A DNA stretch of 64,000 bases from a virus (taxonomy: Duplodnaviria; Caudoviricetes). A model generated the notes under the pieces. It did not search any database. It saw only the letters and a program-made list of their open reading frames with translations, and was not told where the DNA came from. Below are positions 40,819-48,486 of this stretch, piece by piece (position 1 is the stretch's first letter; the number at the start of each line of letters is the position of its first letter). The position numbers and the translations under genes are program-made. Location of the stretch: positions 9,493 to 73,492 of IMG/VR virus record IMGVR_UViG_2852501635_000002. One strand, 5' to 3'.

Positions 40819-40983
40819 TTCTCAAGTATTTTAACGTCTACAACAGTCCATAAAATCCTTATAAAATCAGCTATTACAAGAATTCCTAGTGTTTCAAGGT
40901 CTAGTTACGTCTATTGAAATCTACATATATGTGGGGGCATAATTGGGGGCATTATCCCGTTCAATGAAAATTGGTGCCCCCAG

Positions 40984-42195
40984 ATGAAGCTAACAGCCAG
41001 ACAAGTAGAGACTTCCAAGCCAAAAGAGAAAGCTTATAAACTTTCTGACGGAGGGGGCATGTATTTAGAAGTTGCTCCGAATGGTTCTAAGTATTGGCGT
41101 ATGAAATATAGATATGCTGGTAAAGAGAAAAGGCTGGCTTTAGGTGTATACCCATCAATATCACTCGCACAAGCTAGGGCGAAGAGAGAAGAAGCCAAGC
41201 GCATATTAGCGTTAGGTGATGATCCATCTTTAGTGAAGAAAGCAGAAAAGAGAGAGAAAGAATCTCAAGTAAATAATAGCTTTGAAAAAATTACGCTTGA
41301 ATGGCATGACTATAAAAAGCCGAATTGGTCAAAAGGTTATGCGGATGATTTACTAGAAGCCTTCCAGAAAGATATCTTTCCTTATATTGGTAAAGTTAGC
41401 ATTACAGAAATTAAACCGTTAGATATGTTAGAAGTGCTTCGGAAGTTAGAAAAACGCGGTGTGTTGGATAAGCTTAAAAAGATAAGGCAGGCATGTAACC
41501 AAGTATTCCGCTATGCAATTGTGACAGGACGGGCTGAGTATAATCCCGCATCAGAATTAGCCGGCGCACTGTCTACTCCAAAAGCTAAGCATTTTCCTCA
41601 CTTAAATGTGAATGAGTTACCTGAGTTTTTACAGGCACTATCTGTATGTAGTGGAAGTAAGATCACTCAGATTGCGACAAAGCTATTAATGATAACAGGC
41701 GTTCGTACTATTGAGCTTAGAGCTGCTGAATGGTCAGAAATTGATTTTGATAAAGCTATTTGGGAAATTCCAAAAGAACGTATGAAAATGCGTCGCCCTC
41801 ACATGGTGCCATTATCTACACAGGCCTTAGAATTATTCAAAGAAATACAAACCATAACAGGAAAGTTTAAGTATATCTTTCATGGTAGGAATGATGCTTC
41901 TAAACCAATGAGTGAAGCGGCCATAAATCAGGTTATCAAGCGTATTGGTTATGATGGTAGAGCCACAGGTCACGGATTCAGACATACAATGAGCACCATC
42001 CTGCACGAACAAGGCTATAACACTGCATGGATTGAGACTCAACTTGCACACGTTGATAAAAACTCTATTCGTGGAACGTATAACCATGCTCAGTATATTG
42101 ATGGCCGTAGAGAAATGCTTCAATGGTACGCTGATTATATGGATACTTTAGAGAGCGGGGATAATGTTGTCCACGGTAACTTTAAACGTGCTTAA
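40984..42195 (+). CDS. int: P4-family tyrosine integrase
   Basis: LSDGGGMYL, GVRTIELR, HGFRH, QLAH, YNHAQY. Confidence 0.96.
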   Translation: MKLTARQVETSKPKEKAYKLSDGGGMYLEVAPNGSKYWRMKYRYAGKEKRLALGVYPSISLAQARAKREEAKRILALGDDPSLVKKAEKREKESQVNNSFEKITLEWHDYKKPNWSKGYADDLLEAFQKDIFPYIGKVSITEIKPLDMLEVLRKLEKRGVLDKLKKIRQACNQVFRYAIVTGRAEYNPASELAGALSTPKAKHFPHLNVNELPEFLQALSVCSGSKITQIATKLLMITGVRTIELRAAEWSEIDFDKAIWEIPKERMKMRRPHMVPLSTQALELFKEIQTITGKFKYIFHGRNDASKPMSEAAINQVIKRIGYDGRATGHGFRHTMSTILHEQGYNTAWIETQLAHVDKNSIRGTYNHAQYIDGRREMLQWYADYMDTLESGDNVVHGNFKRA

Positions 42196-42411
42196 CCCAC
42201 CAGCAGACACATACAGAACCAGACAATAAAAGGTCTGGTTTTTTTGTACCGAGAAAGGGCATTAATAATATTTAATCATTAAATGTATGATGTGGCTGAA
42301 TTCTAACTAAGATGAGAAAAATCTTAATATACGCTTAAGAGTACACCCTAGTAGACGACAATAGACTATGCGAAGATGTGATAAATAAAACTGTTCGTTT
42401 CTTAAGCTTGA

Positions 42412-42427
42412 CTGTTCATTATTACAG
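42412..42427. promoter_or_regulatory. LexA (SOS) box between TTGACT and TATAAT hexamers
   Basis: CTGTTCATTATTACAG = CTG-N10-CAG. Confidence 0.6.
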
Positions 42428-42469
42428 TATAATATACCTAGTAGTACCGCAGTAGATCATTGTGGACTT

Positions 42470-43218
42470 CGCTCTTTAACACCTCTGCGCTGAAAAACGC
42501 GATATGTTCTTTAACAACGATGATGGCGAGCTGTGTGTTAGTCATCAGAACGGTGGCGCTGATAAAGCGACCAATGCTCTTTTACAAATTCGGGTATGCC
42601 CAGAGTAAATTCTCAGGGACAATCTGTCACGGTGGCGCTCTTGAAGCGCTGATATATGAATTTTTATCTGATTAGTAGCAGAACCAGCTTGTAACAAATA
42701 AGGAACGCTCAGAGCAATTTCTCCGAGCATATAAGTTTTATTGATAATCTTTATATTAGATTATCAGCTCTTTAAAATATGGATTCCCCCTTGGGTTGTC
42801 TTGAGGGGGCTAATGATAACCTCATTAGCATGTTGATGACTTCTCAACATAAATAATATTTGTAGCAAAATATGTACTGATAGCTACTTGTTCTTTAAAA
42901 ACTGACCTGCGCTCCTTGCAAATGGGAGCTTTTAGTAAACAACTTAATGATTTTGTTCTGTTTACTAAATATATGTAGTTCAGGTCGTTAATGGCAATCA
43001 GCTAAATTGAATAATATAATTGTAACTATTCAAATTAGTAAATTGTTCTTTGAAATTTAAGTCTCCGCCTTTGTGGAGTGTAGTTCTGTTCTTTAAAACT
43101 TATTTCGCTCCTGCATCAGGAGCAAAGCTCATATCTATATCAATGGAAATATTATCTTATCAAATATTCATTAATTATAGTTATGTTCTTTTCAAGGCTC
43201 TATGCACAGGCAGTGAGC
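42470..43218 (+). repeat. Array of boxA-like motifs each followed by hairpins (nut-like array)
   Basis: boxA-like 12-mers at 42470, 42505, 42575, 42766, 42889, 43044, 43087, 43184, plus a degenerate one at 42686. Confidence 0.7.
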
Positions 43219-43375
43219 ACAAATCAGTTTATTATTGAGATTGTTTTATTTTAAACAACAAGCCCCCACTCAAAAAACACCTTAAAATATAAACCATAAT
43301 ATGCGTTATTAACCTTATACATTTATGTATAGGGTTTTTTCGCATGTCTTTTCATATCACATTAAGGAAAATACT

Positions 43376-43573
43376 ATGAATAATCTGATTAGGCTTTCAG
43401 AGGTTTTGCGACGCACAGGTTACAGCAAAGCTTGGATTTATAGACTAATTAAAGAAAATGACTTTCCTAAACAAGTCAAAATAGGAGCTCGTTCTATTGC
43501 TTTTGTTGAATCAGAAGTAGATGAATGGATTGCTAATAAGATTGCTGAATCACGTTCTGGTGAGGTGGCATAA
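43376..43573 (+). CDS. alpA: AlpA-family regulator/excisionase
   Basis: LIRLSEVLRRTGYSKAWIYRLI..FPK.VKIG.RSIAFVESEVDEWI. Confidence 0.93.
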   Translation: MNNLIRLSEVLRRTGYSKAWIYRLIKENDFPKQVKIGARSIAFVESEVDEWIANKIAESRSGEVA

Positions 43574-43968
43574 TGAAAAAGAAAAACCACCCATCACAGG
43601 TGGCTTCTCAGAATAACGTAGCGTCGTCTATTCTATCAAAGAACCCACCTAAAAAACACCGTGCCCGTTTATATATGTTAGGTACTGGCATTAATGGCTT
43701 TACCGAGAATGAAATATTAATTCATTGCCGTTTATCGTCAGGCCGTAATTACCCAAATGAATTAGAGCGTTTATTGAATATCGAACTAGAACGCATTGAT
43801 GAGCCTAATCCTGATGGTATCGGATCACATTATCGTTACCGCTTTAAAACGGCTCAAGATGTGCAGAAGGTTATTAACTTAATAAATAAACGTGCTGAAC
43901 AAGGTAATTACCAACCCATAGATAACGCACTCATAAATAATATTTTAAGCCTGTACCCGACAAAATAA
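43573..43968 (+). CDS. Hypothetical satellite protein
   Basis: Coupled to alpA. Confidence 0.7.
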   Translation: MKKKNHPSQVASQNNVASSILSKNPPKKHRARLYMLGTGINGFTENEILIHCRLSSGRNYPNELERLLNIELERIDEPNPDGIGSHYRYRFKTAQDVQKVINLINKRAEQGNYQPIDNALINNILSLYPTK

Positions 43969-43980
43969 CGGAATAAAAAA

Positions 43981-44814
43981 ATGAAACTAAAAAATAACAG
44001 CTTAAATGCTGGTGGATTCGCTCACCCTGAAAACCACTCTAGCGATATTAAGGAATTATCTTTTGCTGAAATGCTGCCAGTAATTCAGGGAAATATTAAC
44101 GGGCAGATTATTAATGCAGTAAGTGCCAAAGCATTACACGAAGCATTAAGTGTAGGTCGTGATTTTTCTACTTGGATTATTGGCCGTGTTAATGAATACG
44201 CTTTTGTGGAAGGAACGGATTATCAATCAGATGATGACTTTAATATTCGCTGCTTACTTAATGAACAATATTCCCCCGTTTTGGGGAATAATACAAAACG
44301 TGGTCGCCCTGAAAAGGATTACTTATTAACGCTAGGCATGGCTAAAGAATTGGCAATGGTTGAACGTACCGAAAAAGGGCGCTTAATCCGGCAATACTTT
44401 ATCAAGTGTGAGGAAGCTCTACACAAAGTCGCGCCAACAATCACTAAGCAGTTACGGCATCAACTTAAATCACGCCTCAAAGTGGCTAGTTACTTTAAGC
44501 CGATGTGTTCAGCGTTAGAGCTAGCACGTATGGAGCAAGGCAAAAGCACACTACCGCACCACTACACAACTGAGTCAAACATGCTTAACCGAATTGTGTT
44601 AGGTGGACTCACTGCCAAAGCATGGGCGAAGCAGAACGGCATTATTGGCAATCCCCGTGATGCTATGAGCGAAACCCAATTAGAGCACCTTTCATACCTT
44701 GAGCAGACGAATACAACGCTAATTGAATTAGGCATGGACTATCACGCACGCAAGGACAAGTTAATCAGTCTATCTCAAAAGTGGTTAGCGCAACGTGTAG
44801 AGGTGGCGCAATGA
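43981..44814 (+). CDS. AntA/AntB antirepressor-family protein
   Basis: VSAKALHEAL.VGRDFSTWI, DYLLTLGMAKELAMVERTEKG..IRQYFI. Confidence 0.9.
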   Translation: MKLKNNSLNAGGFAHPENHSSDIKELSFAEMLPVIQGNINGQIINAVSAKALHEALSVGRDFSTWIIGRVNEYAFVEGTDYQSDDDFNIRCLLNEQYSPVLGNNTKRGRPEKDYLLTLGMAKELAMVERTEKGRLIRQYFIKCEEALHKVAPTITKQLRHQLKSRLKVASYFKPMCSALELARMEQGKSTLPHHYTTESNMLNRIVLGGLTAKAWAKQNGIIGNPRDAMSETQLEHLSYLEQTNTTLIELGMDYHARKDKLISLSQKWLAQRVEVAQ

Positions 44815-45536
44815 TTACCCTATGTTCAATAAAGGATATTGCCTACCAAGTGAATAATTCTCTACTGGCAGGTAATAACGTAAGTTCAACTTACACCACG
44901 ACTAATACGGTAGCTTTAAACTATGGTATTACGGGCAGTCAATCAGCGAAAATTTACGCCAATCAATCAATCCTAACCACCGTTGGAGGATGGGATAACA
45001 GCGATAACCTAAAACGTGGAGAATTTACACCATTTATTAAAGGTGATTTTTCTCACCTTTCTAAAGTCGGGAAATCTCGCTATTTATCGAGTGAAATTGA
45101 GTTTTTACAGTCCATAAAAAAGGGCGGCCAATCGGCTACCCTTGGGAACGTCGATATTAAATACCGAGCAAGTGAGAACTATAAGAATAGTATTCATCTT
45201 GTTATCGGTAAAGATGACAACCTTGAGTTAATACAAAAATGTGCAATACATCACTTGCACTTATGGGTAATTGTTGGCTATAGTGATCAGGCACTAGCAA
45301 AATCTAGTGTCAGGATTGGCGTTCTGAATTTGTACAAGGCGACACATGACGCGCCTAGCGTCTTTTTTTGTGTCAATGCCTACGCACACCTATTAAATGC
45401 GGTATTATATCGCACCGAATCTATGGTGGCGGCAGCAGAGCAACCGAAAGGTTGGCTGGTTTCCTTGTACGCCAGTAACGCCAACTCTACTGTCGTCACC
45501 ACCCCGAAATTGGCGTTTCTGGTGGTGACTCCTTAG
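44811..45536 (+). CDS. Ash-family ORF overlapping c4/CI RNA, with composite N-terminus
   Basis: GYS..ALAKSSVRIGVL, APSVFF, SMVA..EQPKG motifs. Confidence 0.7.
   Translation: MITLCSIKDIAYQVNNSLLAGNNVSSTYTTTNTVALNYGITGSQSAKIYANQSILTTVGGWDNSDNLKRGEFTPFIKGDFSHLSKVGKSRYLSSEIEFLQSIKKGGQSATLGNVDIKYRASENYKNSIHLVIGKDDNLELIQKCAIHHLHLWVIVGYSDQALAKSSVRIGVLNLYKATHDAPSVFFCVNAYAHLLNAVLYRTESMVAAAEQPKGWLVSLYASNANSTVVTTPKLAFLVVTP
45424..45501 (+). ncRNA. c4 / P4 CI-type antisense RNA
   Basis: Closing stem TGGTGGCGGCAG/CTGTCGTCACCA; loops CCTTGTAC (45463) and AACGCCAA (45477) complementary to GTACAAGG (45332, 45541) and TTGGCGTT (45316, 45510). Confidence 0.85.
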
Positions 45537-45559
45537 TATTGTACAAGGAGATCATCGTT

Positions 45560-45751
45560 ATGATGGCAACCCCTACCCAAACTCAATTCAAATTTTTGTT
45601 TCTGAGTATTAAACGTTCAGATACAACTGCTAAGCCTTGCCGTATCACTATTACCGCACCGAATGAACACGATGCAAGACTGATGCTTGTACGTGATTAT
45701 ATCCTGTCATTCGCTGGTCGCTTACCTGTTAAGGAGGTGGCTCATGCGTAA
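45560..45751 (+). CDS. Icd-like host cell division inhibitor
   Basis: FKFLFL...APNEHDAR..L...YILSFAGRLPV. Confidence 0.85.
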   Translation: MMATPTQTQFKFLFLSIKRSDTTAKPCRITITAPNEHDARLMLVRDYILSFAGRLPVKEVAHA

Positions 45752-45917
45752 TCCTCAACCTAACGATTTCTACACGCATAAAAATAATAGCGAAACCGCC
45801 AAAGTTCTATCGGTTCAATTCAACCGTGTGACCTTTCAGCGAGACGGCTTTGATAGTCCTGTCATTGTTCCATTAAGCCAGTTCAGCAACGAATACACCT
45901 ATGCAGGGAGGGCTTAA
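45744..45917 (+). CDS. DUF4222-like small protein
   Basis: PQPNDFYTHKN...RVTFQRDGF. Confidence 0.65.
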   Translation: MRNPQPNDFYTHKNNSETAKVLSVQFNRVTFQRDGFDSPVIVPLSQFSNEYTYAGRA

Positions 45918-45919
45918 TT

Positions 45920-46177
45920 ATGGGGCGTTATCCAGAAAACTATAAGCGTATTCAAGCCGAAATTTCGAACATGTTAGGCAATGACCTCCTTTTATCTTCA
46001 GAAGAACGTAGCCGTGACCGATTACTTAGGGTTCGAAAAGGTATGGCTCATATTCTTAGTGAAGTATTTCCTCTAATTGATGATCCCAAAAAACAAGAAC
46101 TCTATTACTGGTTGGAAGCCATTAGCCGTATCAGTGGCGCAGAAGCCGTAGACGCTAAATCGAAGGGGGAAGCATGA
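45920..46177 (+). CDS. Hypothetical protein
   Basis: ORF in operon with RBS. Confidence 0.65.
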   Translation: MGRYPENYKRIQAEISNMLGNDLLLSSEERSRDRLLRVRKGMAHILSEVFPLIDDPKKQELYYWLEAISRISGAEAVDAKSKGEA

Positions 46178-46353
46178 GCAAACCTATTCCATTGGACATA
46201 GCTGCATACAAGGCGCAGCAAAATAATTCATTACTTGCCGTTATCTTAGAGTTAGCAAGTAAAGATTGTTCGCGGGAGTTAATCGACCTCGTTTCTATTG
46301 CGTATGACTTTAATGCGGAAATATGTGAATCCCTCGAGGAGGCGACCAAATGA
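46174..46353 (+). CDS. Hypothetical protein
   Basis: Hand translation MSKPIPLDIAAYKAQQNNSLL...; coupled both sides. Confidence 0.65.
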   Translation: MSKPIPLDIAAYKAQQNNSLLAVILELASKDCSRELIDLVSIAYDFNAEICESLEEATK

Positions 46354-46559
46354 AAACAATCAAATTAAATGTTGGTCACTTATCTACCTTGGAAGAAGTC
46401 GAACACATCAACGAAGAACTTCAAGCGTTGTTAATCCCGCTGTTAACAGCTGTAGAGAATGAAGCTGAGACGGATACGCATTTTATGCTGAGAGCAGTCA
46501 ACCGCTTAGTGTGTGCTCAAGGAAAAGAAATCACAAAGTTGGTGGAGGTGATGAAATGA
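46350..46559 (+). CDS. Hypothetical protein
   Basis: Coupled ORF. Confidence 0.65.
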   Translation: MKTIKLNVGHLSTLEEVEHINEELQALLIPLLTAVENEAETDTHFMLRAVNRLVCAQGKEITKLVEVMK

Positions 46560-47167
46560 GACAAGTCACTATCAATGCCACCAGCTTAAGTCCATTCATG
46601 TATCAAGGTAAGCGAGTTGTCACCTTTGCCATGATTGACGAGGTACACCAACGCCCAACAGGTGCGGCTAGAAAATCATTCAATGCTCACCGTCAATATT
46701 TTACTGAGGGTAAGGATTTTTACCGCCTAACTGGACAGGATTTAGAACTGTTTAAACTTTGCGCGTCCATAAAACGGACGCACAAATATTCACCCATTAG
46801 TGATAAAGCCCGAGAAGTAACACTGATTACTGAATCGGGATACTTGCTAACCGTGAAGCCATTTAATGATCCACTTTCTTGGCAGGTACAAAACCAGCTT
46901 ATCGATGCATATTTTCGACTGTCTGAATTCCCTGAATTACAGCACATCAACATACCCACACTGGCAGAACTTGAAGCCATGCCAATTGGTGAGGCTCAGA
47001 ACTTGATTAGCCGCTTAGAGGCTGATTCTTATCAAGGGCACGGTAGGCGTGGCAGCTATGCCATGAACCTACGTCGCAAAGAGAAGAAAGCACTTAAACC
47101 AATGGTAATCGCCATTGAGCAAGCCTCGCAGCTACACATTCAGGATATGGGAGATTATCGCTCATGA
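46556..47167 (+). CDS. ORF6N-domain protein
   Basis: YQGKRVVTFAMIDEVHQRP.G.A, LITESGYLLTVKPFND.LSWQVQ. Confidence 0.88.
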   Translation: MRQVTINATSLSPFMYQGKRVVTFAMIDEVHQRPTGAARKSFNAHRQYFTEGKDFYRLTGQDLELFKLCASIKRTHKYSPISDKAREVTLITESGYLLTVKPFNDPLSWQVQNQLIDAYFRLSEFPELQHINIPTLAELEAMPIGEAQNLISRLEADSYQGHGRRGSYAMNLRRKEKKALKPMVIAIEQASQLHIQDMGDYRS

Positions 47168-47337
47168 GAACGTTTCTAATTGCAGGTTATGGCACAACAC
47201 TAAAAGGCCTAACACTAGGCATTAACAAGCAAGTGATATCTGCCAGCCTAAAAGATGCTCAGTCACAAGTGGTGCGAGAGGCGCAACGTGACGGTTTAAT
47301 TGATATCCGAATCAACTATGCGCGTGAGGTGAAGTAA
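47164..47337 (+). CDS. Hypothetical protein
   Basis: Hand-read coupled ORF MRTFLIAGYG... Confidence 0.55.
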   Translation: MRTFLIAGYGTTLKGLTLGINKQVISASLKDAQSQVVREAQRDGLIDIRINYAREVK

Positions 47338-47531
47338 TGACGCAAGAACAGAAACGTGAAATAGAGCAATTACTAGAACCGCACCAGTTAAAAGTATTAA
47401 TGCTAATCACCTTACTTTCTACGTGGTTGGAAGCAGAGGAATGCGATGAAACCAGAAACATGATCTGGGCTGTATTGACTGTTGTTTATTCAATTAGGGA
47501 TGAAATGAACGAAGCAGTAGAGGGTAAGTAA
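47337..47531 (+). CDS. Hypothetical protein
   Basis: Coupled ORF. Confidence 0.6.
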   Translation: MTQEQKREIEQLLEPHQLKVLMLITLLSTWLEAEECDETRNMIWAVLTVVYSIRDEMNEAVEGK

Positions 47532-48127
47532 TGAATATTTCTAATATTAACGCATTCGAACACAGTGAACAGGGTGTGATCCTCATTACTGAAGCAGCCA
47601 ACCAAGAGGCTATCAGCTATACCGAAGCATTAGAGGTATTAAACGATGGTAGCTTTGATGGTGATCTGATTTTTGGCTTTGAATTGGTTTTAGCTATCTG
47701 CAAGGGAGAGTGTGACGGCTTTTTTAATCCAACTAATCAGCAGCGTGTGATCTTGTGGCGTTGGATTGTAGCCGCTTCGTTTGTCGCAGAGCAAGCAGAC
47801 AATAACGGGACGCATCAAGTTGACAACGGCAGAGGTAAAACCATTACCGCCGCTATTTATCGCAACAAACATGCAACGTTAACCGTCTATGCCGCAAGCG
47901 AACGTATGTTACTAGCTAATCACATTGAGGGCGCTGCTTATGAGCACTATGGGGCAGAGAATGGCGCAATTATGGCAGTAAAGATATATAGGGATTTTAT
48001 CAATCTTGAGCCTAAACGCGGTTGCCGACTATCAGAACGAGGGCGTGAGGGGTTATCTGTTCTTCATGATGATCTAATTAGGGCGATAGAAGATGGTGAA
48101 TTTAGCGACACCGTAACCATTCATTAA
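47531..48127 (+). CDS. Hypothetical satellite protein
   Basis: 198-aa coupled ORF. Confidence 0.7.
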   Translation: MNISNINAFEHSEQGVILITEAANQEAISYTEALEVLNDGSFDGDLIFGFELVLAICKGECDGFFNPTNQQRVILWRWIVAASFVAEQADNNGTHQVDNGRGKTITAAIYRNKHATLTVYAASERMLLANHIEGAAYEHYGAENGAIMAVKIYRDFINLEPKRGCRLSERGREGLSVLHDDLIRAIEDGEFSDTVTIH

Positions 48128-48141
48128 AAGGACGCAATGAC

Positions 48142-48486
48142 ATGATAACGAAGAATTTTAAAGTTAATTCACTAGCGAATAGCTACGCAGCTGCTATTTA
48201 CCACGATATTACCACACGTAATGGCGGTGATTGGTTTTCGATGAAGGTAGGCAACAAAACGATTGAAGTTGCCATTATTGACGGTGTGAAAGGTATTCGA
48301 ATGCTCGTTGATAGCTATTTGCTGAAAGCCTTAAAAGGGCAATATCCCACATGGGAGGCAGTTGCTATTGGCTTGATAGAGCAATGTGTCATTAATGGAT
48401 ATGTCACAGGTTATGGTCGAGAGGTGTGGCAAAGCATGATTAATGATATGGGCGACTCTTTCGCTGATAAGGGGGCGTTTCAATGA
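48142..48486 (+). CDS. Hypothetical protein
   Basis: ORF coupled to primase. Confidence 0.65.
   Translation: MITKNFKVNSLANSYAAAIYHDITTRNGGDWFSMKVGNKTIEVAIIDGVKGIRMLVDSYLLKALKGQYPTWEAVAIGLIEQCVINGYVTGYGREVWQSMINDMGDSFADKGAFQ

Noticed and set aside
42544-42572. put-like pseudoknot in the satellite leader (ATCA-GAACGG...TGAT)
   Set aside because: Resembles put stem I but lacks stem II; the P22-like boxB reading is simpler
42460-43238. Short ORFs 42460-42675, 42545-42730 and 43050-43238
   Set aside because: Non-ATG starts, no RBS or motifs; the region is better explained as a structured non-coding leader
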